NCBI GenBank assembly: GCA_963830625.1
Contig: CAWHMZ010000020.1
Span: forward strand, 1 to 64,000
From: an uncultured Isosphaeraceae bacterium
Lineage (GTDB): Bacteria > Planctomycetota > Planctomycetia > Isosphaerales > Isosphaeraceae
DNA length: 64,000 nucleotides
Reading direction: 5' to 3'
Positions within the stretch are counted from its first letter, which is position 1. Each line of letters begins with the position of its first letter. A model generated the notes under the pieces. The model saw nothing but the letters and a program-made list of their open reading frames with translations, made no database searches and was not told the origin of the DNA. This document shows, piece after piece, positions 21,168-34,689 of the stretch. The translations under genes were made by a program, and so were the position numbers.

Positions 21168-22982
21168 TTGCCGAAAAGGAAGTGCGCAATGGCCGCCACG
21201 AAACTCGAGAGCATCGATGACCGCCCGGACGCGAAGACGAACGGCCGGGTGACGAAAACGAAACCCAGAGCCACGCGCCGTTCATGCGCCGGCGGAACGC
21301 GGCTCAGCCGCGCCGAGAGCAGCCGCCGCAACGCCCAGAAGAGCACCGGCCCGCGCACCGCGGCCGGCAAGGCCAGAAGCCGCTATAACGCGCTCAAGCA
21401 CGGCATGACTGCCGAGTCGACCCTGCTGCCGGGCGAAGACGCCGCCGAATTCGAAGCCCTGCGCCGGCGGCTGCACGACGACATCGGTGCCCGCAATAGC
21501 CTCGAAGCCGTTTTGATCGACCGCATCGCCTGCGACGACTGGATGGCGACCCGCGCCAATCGCGCCGCCGCCGCGCAGCTTGCCTACCGCCTGCGGCACC
21601 AGTCACTCAAAGAGTCCTTCGCCGAGAAGGACGCCGTCATCGCGCTGGGCCAGCGGCTGCTGAGAGACGTCTCCCGCGCCAGGAGTTTCCACCCAAGCGA
21701 GCAGATCGGCGGTCAATATCACCCCGCCCGCGTGGTCGCGAAGCTGGAAAACACCATCACGGGCTGCGATTGGCTGCTTCAACGTTTACACCGGCTCAAA
21801 GAGCGGTTGGACGAGCCCGGAGTATGGCTGCGGTCCGACGGGCATGAGCTGGTCCGGCTCATGGGCAAGTATCAGAGCGAGCTCACCGCTGACGATCAGG
21901 TCGCCCTCGCGCTTCTGGCCAGTGAATGCGTCCACGAAGACTCCGCGGACCACGCCTTCGCACATGCCAGGGCCAAGGAAGAGGCCATCAGCCAGTCGTT
22001 GGAGCGGGCGCGTGCCGAGGCCAAGGCAGGGTCAGCAGCCCGGCGCAGTGCCGCAGTCACCGACGAGGCCAAGCCCGAAGACGGCAAGAAGAGGCCAGTC
22101 CGCGGCCCGGCACGCCAGGAACATGCAAGGCTGACCCGACAACTCGAACGGACTTCGAAGGTTCTCGGGATGCTGAAGAATGAGATTGACGAGGACGCGA
22201 CACGCGGGCCGTGCCCGATGAGCCTGGAGAAGCTCAATCCACCCAGCGTCGAGGAAGCGCGCCGGCGGCTGGCGCAGGAGATCGACGAGCAGATGTTGCG
22301 CATCAGGCAGATCGTGGCCTTGCGCCGGGAAATCCTGGCAGAAGACATCGCCGAAGCCGCTCGGCGCCTGGCGTTCGAGCCCGGTTCCGAGGGCGACAAG
22401 CAGCGGCGTTATGTCCTCTCACGAGGCCGGCTTTTGATCCAATCAATCAAAACGTTCATCGCGCTCCGCAAAGCCAGCAACGACGGCACGCTTGACGGGC
22501 AGGGTGAGGGGGATGACGACCGGGATGAAGCCGACCTCGAAATCGATGCTCTGATCGGCCCCCAGAGCCCGCTGGGTCCTGACAATTCCAGCTCTGCGCC
22601 GGTGGTCGCGGTGGGTCAGTTAGCCGACCCGTCACTGGTGCTTCCCGCAACCGACCCCGCGACGCCCGACCAGCAGGACGCCAAAATGCCCGAATCCGCG
22701 GAGCAAATCGATACGCAAACTCCTGCAGCGGAAACACTTTGTGGCGAGAAGAAAATTCTGCGAAACGAAGCTGAGGCGCACGGCCAGGCACCGCAGACCG
22801 ACCAGCCGGCTGATGTAGCAGGCACGGTCCCCGTGCCGTCAAGCCCCCTTGCGAGCCAACTGTCGGCGCCGGCAGTCGTCGTAGCAGGCACGGTCCCCGT
22901 GCCGTCAAGCCCGTTGCCAAACCCCTCGTCGCCGATCGAACAATACATGGAGAAATACGGAAAGACGGGGCACCCGCGCTGA
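21168..22982 (+). CDS. Hypothetical 604-aa protein with a C-terminal tandem AGTVPVPSSPL repeat.
   Basis: A long intact ORF. Its codon usage matches the neighbouring real genes. No domain recognised. Confidence 0.5.
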   Translation: MPKRKCAMAATKLESIDDRPDAKTNGRVTKTKPRATRRSCAGGTRLSRAESSRRNAQKSTGPRTAAGKARSRYNALKHGMTAESTLLPGEDAAEFEALRRRLHDDIGARNSLEAVLIDRIACDDWMATRANRAAAAQLAYRLRHQSLKESFAEKDAVIALGQRLLRDVSRARSFHPSEQIGGQYHPARVVAKLENTITGCDWLLQRLHRLKERLDEPGVWLRSDGHELVRLMGKYQSELTADDQVALALLASECVHEDSADHAFAHARAKEEAISQSLERARAEAKAGSAARRSAAVTDEAKPEDGKKRPVRGPARQEHARLTRQLERTSKVLGMLKNEIDEDATRGPCPMSLEKLNPPSVEEARRRLAQEIDEQMLRIRQIVALRREILAEDIAEAARRLAFEPGSEGDKQRRYVLSRGRLLIQSIKTFIALRKASNDGTLDGQGEGDDDRDEADLEIDALIGPQSPLGPDNSSSAPVVAVGQLADPSLVLPATDPATPDQQDAKMPESAEQIDTQTPAAETLCGEKKILRNEAEAHGQAPQTDQPADVAGTVPVPSSPLASQLSAPAVVVAGTVPVPSSPLPNPSSPIEQYMEKYGKTGHPR

Positions 22983-23033
22983 CGCTGCGACGCGGTAAAA
23001 GATGTAACATGATGCGCAGATCGCCGCAGCGAG

Positions 23034-25095
<2,062 letters not shown>

Positions 25096-25179
25096 GCTCC
25101 TCGGCTTCGAGCGCTGGCACGCCTGGCAGATCGTTCGCGCGCTGCGACCAGGTCGCGTTTGCGTGCCGGCGGTGCCGGC

Positions 25180-26060
25180 CGTCGGCGGGCATCGACTGGG
25201 CGTGGCGGCGCAGGCGGCTCGTTCGCCCGGGGCACTGTCGTGCGTGGCGGCGCTCGCTTATCTCGCTTCGGGGATCACGGTGATCGGGCCCGACCAGCTT
25301 GGCGTCTTGCGCCGGTTCGGGCGATATCAGCCCCCGCTCTTCGGCCCGGGCCTGCACCTCCGCTGGCCGGCGCCGTTCGAGACAGTGATCGCCGTCGAGC
25401 CCGATCGATCGCGGGTGGCTCGGGTCGGGCTGCCTCGGCCGCGTCGGCCGCCGCGCAGCCCGTGGGCTGGAGTGCCACTCACGGCGGCCCGCGCGACGAG
25501 TCGGCCCTGTTCTTCACGGGCGACGAAAACCTGGTCGAGCTCGCCGGAGTGGTCGAATATCACTTTGGTACCGAGGCGACTGCCCGAGCTGCTTGTTCGG
25601 GGTCGCGTCGTCGACGACACCGTGAAGGCGGCGGCCGAAGGAGTCTTCCGCGAAGCGGCCGGCCGGACGCCGCTGGAGGCGATCCTGGTCAGCGGCCGGC
25701 GGCAGTTCGAGTCGGAGCTCGCCGCGGCGCTTGCAGAGCGGCTCGAGAGCTCGGGCGTGGGCGTGGTGATCGACAAGGTGCGGGTCGTCGATGCCCATCC
25801 GCCGCGCGAGGTCGTGCCGGCCTATCGCGATGTCTCGGCGGCCGTCTCCGACGCCGAGCGCATGCTCGAACCAGGCCCGTGCCGAGGCCGCCAAGCGCCA
25901 CTGGTCGGCAATCGCCGAGGCCGAGGCGGCCCGCGACGCGCGCCAGGACGCGCGCCGACCGCCTGGTGAGCCGGGCCGCGGGCGAAAGGCGGCCTTCCTG
26001 GCCAAGGCCGGCGTCGCACGCCCAGGCGCCTGCGCTCACCGAGTTCCGCCTGCTTTGGGA
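25180..26060 (+). CDS. SPFH/band-7 protein, HflK-like, frameshifted. In one frame it is continuous with the end of the ATPase, with no stop codon.
   Basis: LAYLASGITVIGPDQLGVLRRFGRYQPPLFGPGLHLRWPAPFETV, then ...FFTGDENLVELAGVVEYHFG..., then ...ILVSGRRQFESELAAALAERLESSGVGVVIDKVRVVDAHPPREVVPAYRDV... Confidence 0.65.
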
Positions 26061-26250
26061 CACGCTGGCCACGACCTTGCCCGGCCGTCCCAAGCTGATC
26101 CTCGACCCCAAGGCCGCCGGCCGGCGCCACCTCTGGCTCGCCGACCCCGAGACGTTCAGTCCCGGCGCCTGGCCGCGCGCTGGCGCCGGCCGCAGCCGAG
26201 ACCCCGAGCACCGGAACCCGACGATTGAACGAAAGCCCGCGAGTCCAGCG

Positions 26251-27310
26251 ATGAGCAAACTCCGAGGAAAATGGATCATCATGGGATTGCTCTTGGCCGT
26301 GCTCGTCGCGCTCGCGCGCTCGATCGTGATCGTCGATCAGACCGAGTCGGTCTTACGTCACCGAATTCGGCCGGCCGGTGCGGTTGATCGAGCGGCCGGG
26401 CCTCCATTTCAAGTGGCCTCATCAGAGCGCCCGCGCGTTCGACCGCCGGCTCCAGCTCGACACGCCCACCGCCGCGCGAGATGTTGACGCGGGACAAGAA
26501 GAACCTCGAGGTCGCCTGGTACGTGAGCTGGCGAATCGCCGACGTCGAGCGGTTCCTGCGCACCGTGCGCACGGTGCCCGACGCGCAGAGCGCGGCTGGA
26601 AGACATGGCGGCGTCGGTGCTGGCGGCCGAGCTGGGCGTTCACGATCTGGGCGACTGGTCACGGTGAGCGATCAGTCGGCTCTGGACGCGATGATGACCG
26701 ACGTGACCGGCGCGTGGCCGAGCAGGCCGCGCGGGAGTATGGTCTGGAGGTCGTCGCCGTGCGGCTGCGGCGGCTGAATTATCCCGAGGAGGTCCGTTCG
26801 GCCGTTTTCGAGCAGATCCGCAGCGAGCGCCAGCGGGTCGCCGCGGCGACGCGGGCCGAGGGAGAGAGCCAGGCTCGCGTGATCAGAAGCGCCGCCGACC
26901 GCGAGCGCGCCGCCGTGATCGCCGCGGCCGAGTCCGACGCCGCCCGCGTCGATCGGCGAGGGCGAGGCCCAGGCCGCCCGCATCGCCAACGAAGCGCAGG
27001 CCGCCGACCCGGCGTTCTACCAGTTCTTGAAGACGCTCGAAACCTATCGCGCGGCCCTCGACGCCAAGACGACGCTCGTGCTCTCGGCCGACAGCAGCTT
27101 CCTGCGGCTCTTGACCCAGGGCGTGCCCGACCCCGGCGACCGCAAAGCCGGCAAATTCTGCTGGGCCCGCGAGCACGAGCGACCCGGTCGCCGCGGCGCG
27201 CCGCCCGGTCGCACAGCAGCTCTGCGCTGCCAGTCGCCCAGCCGCGCAGGAGCCGGCACGCCAGCCCTGCTCATCGTCGACCTTTCACGCGCGAGCCTCA
27301 TACCCTCGGC
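26251..27310 (+). CDS. SPFH/band-7 protein, HflC-like, frameshifted.
   Basis: MSKLRGKWIIMGLLLAVLVALARSIVIVDQTESVL, then ...RLIERPGLHFKWP..., then ...MLTRDKKNLEVAWYVSWRIADVERFLRTV..., then ...YGLEVVAVRLRRLNYPEEVRSAVFEQIRSERQRVAAATRAEGESQARVIRS... Confidence 0.65.
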
Positions 27311-27326
27311 GGGGAGAACCCACGCC

Positions 27327-28269
27327 ATGATCCGTCGCCGCGGTTGGCTGCTCGTCGCTATGTTGCCCCTGGCCTGCTATCTGGCCAGCGGGATCGCGAT
27401 CGTGCAGCCCGACGAGGTCGAGGTTGTGCGCCGGTTGGGCGCCGTCCTGCCCGAGCCCTGGGAGCCGGGCCTGCACTGGGGACTGCCCTGGGGAATCGAC
27501 CGCGTCGACCGGCTCAAGATCAACCAGACGCGCACCCTCGCCGTGGGCGCAGCCGGCGCGGCGGAGCGCCGCTCTTGCGCGCGCCCGACCCGGCGTCCGA
27601 CGACTTCTTGACCGGCGACCTCAACCTGGTCACGGCCGAGGCACTGCGTGCAGTACCGCGTGCGCGATCCGCTCCGTTATCTCTTCGGGGCCAGCGACGT
27701 CGAGGCGTCGCTGTCCGCCATGTCGGAATGGGCGCTGACGCGCTGCGCTCGCCACTCGCGGCATCGACGAGCTCCTGACGACCGGCCGCGCCTAGCTGGC
27801 CGACGCGCTGGCGCGGTCGATCCAGTCAGTGGCCGATCACGAGGGCCTGGGGGTCTCGATCGTGGCGGTGCGGCTGGGCCGGGTGGTGCCGCCCATGGCC
27901 GTGGCGCCGGCGTTTGCCGACGCCGCTCGCGCTCGCAGCGACCGCCGCCAGGCGATCACCCGGGCCGAGGAATATCGCGACCGCAGCCGCGCCGAAGCAC
28001 CGGGCGAGGCACGCGAGATCGCCGACACCGCGGCCGGCCGGGTCGACCGCCTGGTCCAGCCGGCTCGCGGCGAGGCCGAGCGCTTCACCCGCGTGCTGGC
28101 CGAGGCTCGCAAGGCCCCGATCGCATTCCAGCGCAGGCTCTTCCTCGAGACGATCGCCGAGCTCTTGCCGCGGTTTCGCCGCACCGTCGTCGTGCCGCCC
28201 GGCCAAGACCTCGACATCAGCTTCCTGGGCGACGAGCCCGCCACTCGCGAGCAGGAGCCGCCGCCCTGA
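27327..28269 (+). CDS. Third SPFH/band-7 protein (HflK-like), frameshifted.
   Basis: MIRRRGWLLVAMLPLACYLASGIAIVQPDEVEVVRRLGAVLPEPWEPGLHWGLPWGIDRV..., then ...QYRVRDPLRYLFGASDVEASL..., then ...VADHEGLGVSIVAVRLGRVVPPMAVAPAFADAARARSDRRQAITRAEEY... Confidence 0.65.
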
Positions 28270-28338
28270 AACCACTGCTTCAAGTACCCAGAGGAATAGT
28301 CCCCTGCCCTTTCCCAGAAAGGAGGCCTGAGGTGCCAA

Positions 28339-28915
28339 CTCGCCGAATGATCACCGTGGTACTGAGCGTTGTCGCCGTGGTGGGGTTGTCGGTAACCATG
28401 GCCCAGCGGCCTGGTGAAGAGCCGGCCGAGCGCCCGCTCGATACCGGCACCACGGCGGTGCGGCTGGTTCTGGGCATCGGCGACGAAACGCCCCAGGATT
28501 GGAGCGGCCGGGTCACGCTCGACAAGGGCGAGATTTTGCGGATCGAGGGCGTGCGTTTCCGCGACGGCGACCGGATCACCGGTCGAGATGCGTGGACGGT
28601 CAAGAGCCGCCTGATCCGCACGGCGCCGCGCCGAAGAAAGCCGCCGCCAAAGCGAAAGGCATGGGCAGACTGAAGGCGATCATGAAGGCCAAGGCCATTG
28701 CCAAGGCCAAGGCGCTCGCCAAGGCCAAGGCCGCGGCCGAGCAGGCCGTTCCCAAACCGGTCGGCGGCCCGAGTACATTCGGGCCAGCGGTCACGCCCAA
28801 CGGCGTGGTGCTGTCACTCAAGAACGTTGCCGGCGCCACGCTGACGGTCGACACGCGCACAGGGACGATTCGCGGTCCCCCTCGATCAGCTCGCCGACGG
28901 CACGGCCGGTCTCGT
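28339..28915 (+). CDS. Secreted Lys/Ala-rich low-complexity protein, frameshifted.
   Basis: MITVVLSVVAVVGLSVTMAQ signal peptide, then ...KAAAKAKGMGRLKAIMKAKAIAKAKALAKAKAAAEQ..., in two frames. Confidence 0.4.
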
Positions 28916-28919
28916 TCTT

Positions 28920-31460
28920 GAATGACCGGTTGCGTGCCCAGCGCGTCTTTCCGCACGCGCCGCTGTTCGAAGGACGCGAACCAGCAAGACTTTCCCGCGG
29001 CCGCCACTGATCCGGCAGAGCCCAGGCGCGTGGGTCGCCGCAGTCTGGCACGAGCCGCGCGGGCCGGAGCTGTTGCCCGCCGTGACCGAAGCGCCCAAGA
29101 ACTTCGCCGAATTCCTGCCCACCGGCGGCGGCGATCAGGTCCGGCTGATCCACTTCCCGCTCAAGGCCGGCATCGGCCAGCCCGAGCGCCGCTCGACGTC
29201 ACCGAGCCCGGCCGCGACGTCTGGCGGCCCGCGGTGGCCACCGCCGGCGACGGGGCGATCGTCATCGTCTGGACCGAGAAACGCGGCGACAACTGGGACC
29301 TCTTCAGCCGCCGCTACGACCCCAAGACCAGATCGTTCGCAGCCGAGCAGCGGTTGACCGACCAGCCCGGGCACCGACACCGACGCCGTGCTGGCGACCG
29401 CCGCCGACGGCACGGTCTGGATGGCCTGGCAAGCGTGGACCGGCGGCCAGGCCGATATCCTCGCTCGCCCCGCTCGATGCCAAGCGGCAAGCTCGAGCGC
29501 ACGCCCGATCAAGATCAGCGACACGCCGGCCAACGAATGGGCGCCCGCGATCGCGGCCGACACGAGCGGCCGGGTCCACGTCGCGTTCGACAGCTACCAG
29601 GCAGGCAACTACGACGTCTTGCTCCGGACGCCGCGAAGCCGACGGCACGCTTGCGCGCCGCCGATCACCGTGGCCGGCACGGCCGCGTTCGAGGCGCGGC
29701 CCAGCCTCGCCGCCGACCGCCGCGGCCGCGTCTGGGTCGCCTACGAAGAGCGCACGCCCAACTGGGGCAAGGACGCCGTCAACCTGCTCGACGGCAAGGG
29801 CTCGAGCCTCTATCGCTCGAGCAAGGTCGTGGTCGCGGTCGTCGACGGCGGGCGCGTCCTTCACGCACCCGATCCCGTCGAGCACGCGCCCGCGCCGCTC
29901 AGAGAGTCATGAACAGCTATCCGCGGCTGGCTCGTCGACCGCGCCGGCCGGCCGTGGCTCTTGTTCCGCCACCGCCAGGAGGCGATCTGGGGCAACAACG
30001 CCGCGTTCGTCGTCGGGGCGGTCTGGATCGAGCACGCGACGTCGCTCTCGGGCTCGTCGTGGTCGCCTCCCGCGGCCCTTGACCCGCAGCGACGGCCTGC
30101 TCGACAACCGCCCGGCCCTGGTTCAGCCGCGCGAAGGGCCGGTCCTGGCGTTCTACAGCACCGACGGCCGCCTGCGCCGCGAGGTCGAAATGAGTCCGCG
30201 AGCTCACCCTCAAGTACTTCACGCAACCAGGGAACGCCGCCGGGCGTTTTCAACGTCGACCTCGAAGTCTCGGCGCTGGCCGCGACCGTGCCCTTCGAAG
30301 AGCCGCGCCTGGCCGAGGCGCCCGCAAGCTCGCGGCGAGCCCGTCGCGGCCGTCCACCCGCACGAAACCGACGACCTCGGCGCGGATCCGCGCGTATCGG
30401 GTCGCAGTCCGGCGGCAAGACCTACCGGCTGCTCCGCGGCGAGTTCCACCGCCACTACCGAGATCTCCGCCGACGGCGGCGCCGACGGCTCGCTCGAGGA
30501 CATGTGGCGCTACGCGCATCGACGCCGCCCGGCTCGACTGGATCGGCAACGGCGACCACGACAACGGCGGCGGCAAGGAGTACACCTGGTGGCTGATCCA
30601 GAAGACCACCGACCTCTACACCGTGCCCCCGGTCTTCGTCCCCATGTTCACCTACGAGCGGAGCGTGACCTACCCGCACGGCCACCGCAACGTGATGTTC
30701 GACCACCGCGGCGTCCGCACCCTGCCCCGCCTGGTCGGGCCCGGCGGCGTGATCGATGAGGATACACTGATGCTCTACGACTACCTGAAAGAGCACAACG
30801 GCATCTGCGCGTCGCACACCTCGGCGACCGGCATGGGCACCGACTGGCGCGACGTCGAACCCGACCTTCGAGCCGTTCGTCGAGATCTACCAGGGGCATC
30901 GCCAGTCGTACGAGCACTTGGGCGCGCCCCGCGCGGCGCGGCGGCCCGGGCGAGTCGATCGGCGGCTGGCAGCCGCTGGGCATGGTCTGGAACGCGCTGG
31001 CCATGCAGTACCGGCTGGGCTTCCAGGCCTCGAGCGACCACATCTCGACCCACATCAGCTACGCCGTCGCCCTCGGCCGAAGACACGACCCGCCCGGCGA
31101 TCCTCGACGCCTTCCGCCGCCGCCACTGCTACGCCGCCACCGACAACATCATCATGGACGTCCGCTCGGGCGAGCACCTGATGGGCGACGAGTTCGACGC
31201 CGACGGGCCCGTCACGCTCAAGGTCTTCGTCCGCGGCACGCGCCCGGTCGCACGGGTCGACATCATCAAGGATTTCAAGTACGTCTACTCGACCGAGCCC
31301 AGGAAGGAGCGAGGTCGAGTTCGAGTGGACCGACGACGAGCAGGGCCGCCCGGCCGGCCTGAGCTGGTATTACGTGCGGGCGATCCAGGACGACGGCGAG
31401 CTCGCCTGGGCCAGCCCGATCTGGGTGCACACGCCGATGAGCGATTCGTCGACCATTAAG
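28920..31460 (+). CDS. Large protein with a beta-propeller-like repeat region and a C-terminal putative metal-dependent hydrolase region. Heavily frameshifted. The family assignment is uncertain.
   Basis: Repeating units GAIVIVWTEKRGDNWDLFSRRYD, GTVWMAWQAWTGGQADILAR, GRVHVAFDSYQAGNYDVLL and GRVWVAYEERTPNWGKD. Later FTYERSVTYPHGHRNVMFDHRGVRTL ... HCYAATDNIIMDVRSGEHLMGDEFD ... SWYYVRAIQDDGELAWASPIWVHTPM, spread over more than 5 frames. Confidence 0.5.
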
Positions 31461-33199
31461 TGGCCTGCAGGCTCTCGCGCTGCTCTTTTGGGTCTGCGCA
31501 TGGTCCGCGACGCCTGCACCACGGAGGACATTGGGTCTTTGCCGGCGAGACGCCTGCACCAGCACAAAAGCGGCCCGCGTAACGTCATTGCTCACAGCGT
31601 TTGTCAGAGAGGCATCCGGGAGTAACGTCGTCGAAGCTGGCCGCGGCGTCGACGAAGAGTCTGATGCTAGCACGTCGTTGTGCGCGGCCGTCGATCTGCG
31701 TCCTCGCGGCCCTGTATGAATCACTGGGCAGGGCGGATCAGTGGCTGTTCGTCGGGGTGGCGCCGCCAACAGTGATGGTCGAGGTTTGTGTGTTCCTCAC
31801 GATGCGCAGTCGCGGCCGAGCCCTGCGCGTTCTGCGGCCGGCTGTCGTGATCGCCGGCGGGCTGGCGGCTTCGTCGTACGCAGTGGCGGCTTGCCGTATG
31901 GCAGAGGTCGGTACATGTCAGCCCCATCACCGACTATGCCTGGTGCGATGCCACGTTGCACTCTCTCTTGCACCCGCTGGCGACGGCTTGGGAGTGGTAT
32001 GCAAAATCGGCGCAAGCCTGGCTGCGGGAACTGCCTGCCTGCCGCTCGATCAGGTTAGATTTCTGGATCCGGCGACTCGTTCTCGCGATCGTCGGCGAGC
32101 ATGATTCTGGTTGTGCCCGCAGTCGGTCATTGCGACCGGTGGCGGCCTGCAGGGGCATCGGCCACTGCCTCGATCATCGCATTCGGCGCTCGCATCCGCC
32201 AGTCGCCGAGCCTGGTCGATCGCCGATCGGCTCGTGCGATTGGACCTCGCCCAGCCACGGAGTGCGACATTCGGCAATCACTTCTTACGTTCGGCGGAGC
32301 GTCGTTGTCGGCCCGGTTGGCCTTGCGGGTTTTAAAGAGCCATGGTAACCAGATCCGAGCGCCGTGTTCGAGGCAGCTCTAGCTCTCGATTGCCCGAACC
32401 GTCGAAATCTGACTGACCGTCCCCGCGCGGCGGACCGATAGCCAGATTGAGGCGACAGCTATCGAAGCCGTCGCGCATCAAGGAGTGCCCGCGGATGCCA
32501 AATCGCCAACGACGCAACGTCCGCCCGATGCTGGAACCGATGGAAACCCGCGTGGTTCCGAGCGCACTTGGGCCCCTGGCCCGCCACGCCGAAAGAGCCG
32601 CGGCCCATGTACGTCCGATCAACGACTCCGTGCGACAGCCGACCGCGAGCCAGCGCGAAAACAACGAGGCTCTACTAGCGCCTGCAACATCAAGAGGCTC
32701 CTGGTGCATATGCGGTCACTGGAGACGCACCCCCTCGGCACTGCCGACCCCGGCGGAGCAGCGGGCAAGCCAGATCTCCAACATTTTCTCATCGAGATCG
32801 GTAAATCACTCTAAGCCGAGCCCTCTCGGCAGCGACAACGATCTTGACAGGATACGGCCGCGGCATATGATGCCGCGGCCTGTCATTTCTGGAGAGCGCC
32901 CGCTGGCCTGGGCTTTCGGGACGCTTGACCCGTGCGATCGGCGGTTCGTCCGTTGTTCACGTCGACTGTCCGCTGAAAGCTGATGAGGGATTAATGCGCG
33001 TATTTCGCGCGCCCTTGGAGCCGGGAGTCGCGTCGGCGTCCCGTGTCCGCGCCTTGCCGCGGCAGCTGCCTGGAAGCTCTCGAACAACGCACCATGCTGA
33101 GCGGATCGGGAGCATCACTCGCCACGTCGCAGGCGAGCATCGCCACCACGACGGTGCTGTACGCAATCGCTGCACCACCGCAGTGACGGGGGCGAGAGT

Positions 33200-34505
33200 C
33201 GTCTTCACAGCGGCCAGTTGACGAATGCCAGCACCGGCGCTCCGATCACGTCCGGCAAGGTAGCTTCGTGGTCCGAGTCGCCCAAAAAAACCGTGCTCGA
33301 AGACGTCATGCGTGAACAATGCAGGGCCGGGCCAGACATCGCAACGACCGATCTCACCGACATTGCCGACTACAAGGTCAGGGCGGAGTACACGCCCAAG
33401 TACTCCAACATCCTCCGCAGCGTGTCGGCGCCGGTCACGGTCAAGGTGATTCCCGTTCCGCTCAACGTGCCGACTCATCACGACTCTCGACGTCCGGGGC
33501 GAGCATCGCCGAAGCGGGTCAGAATCTCCCCTTGGTCGCGACCGTGACCGACGCCGGAACCGGCGACCAGGTCGACGCCGGCAAGGTTCGAGCCCATCCC
33601 GGGAAGGTCGCGTTTGTCACCGAAGGGCCCTAACCCGATCGTTCTCGGCGAAGCCAACGTCAACCGCAGCGGACAGGCCACGCTGTCGTCCAACGTGCTC
33701 AAGAATGTCGGCACTTACCAGATCGAGGCCGAATTCTTGCCCGTCCAATAACTACTACGCCGAGAGCACGTCGGCGCCGGTCCCGGTGACAATCTTCGCC
33801 TCAGACTGTTAGTGCTCCGACCGTCACGACCCTCCAGACCAGTACCAACAGCATCGAGACTGGAGAGCCGATCGGGTTGACCGTTTCCGTCCAGAACTCC
33901 GACAGCGATCTGGCCGGCGGGGTCGTCACGCATAGCGACGGTGTCGCGGCATCCCCAGGTGGTGGCCCAGTTTCCAGTGAGCTCATTCGGCCAGGTCGGA
34001 GTGTCTCGTCGTTCAAGCTGGAAAAGGTCGGTACCTACGAGATCGACGCCCAGTACACGCCCAACTCGAACCGGTTCGCCGCGAGCACGTCTGCCATCAG
34101 TCACGGTCACGATCACGCCCTTGACGGCGGCCGCCTTCCGGGTCACTCCCGTGCCTCGCTACGGTCATCTCGGCCAGCCGCGCAGCTTCACGGTCACCGC
34201 GATCAACGGGAAGGTCAGCCCGTCACCAATTACACGGGAACCGTGGTCTTCTCCAGTCCGACCGATTCCTGGACGATCTTTCCGGCTGAACGGTGTACGA
34301 GAGCCTCGCCACCCTCGCGCCGTCCAATCTGTCCCCGACCTTGGCCCAGTTCAGCCTTTCGTCATACACCTTCACGCCGGCCGATCGCGGCTCCCAAACG
34401 TTCGATTCCGCGGTCACTTTCCACAAGGGCGGGGCCGAGACCGTGAAGGTCACCCAATCCAATGATCCCAAGGTGAGCGGCATTGGGACCTTCTCGATCC
34501 GCTAG
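33200..34505 (+). pseudogene. Tandem bacterial Ig-like domain protein, decayed (multiple frames plus an internal stop).
   Basis: A repeating 'GTY.I.A.Y.P......S.S..VTV.V' signature in ORFs 33218, 33877, 33941 and 34293. It ends GIGTFSIR* at 34505. Confidence 0.5.
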
Positions 34506-34689
34506 ACCTGCGGCCGAGCCGGTCGGCGGCTCCGGCACCACGACTGCCGATTTCCGCGACATTCGCTAAACTGAGTTGGGTACGACGGAGCAATCGTACC
34601 TACTGGCTGCGACCCCATTGCGAAAGCGCCCCCATGGTTCAATCGTGAAACGCGTGAGCGAGCCAGCAAGGCGAAAGGCACGCGGCCGA

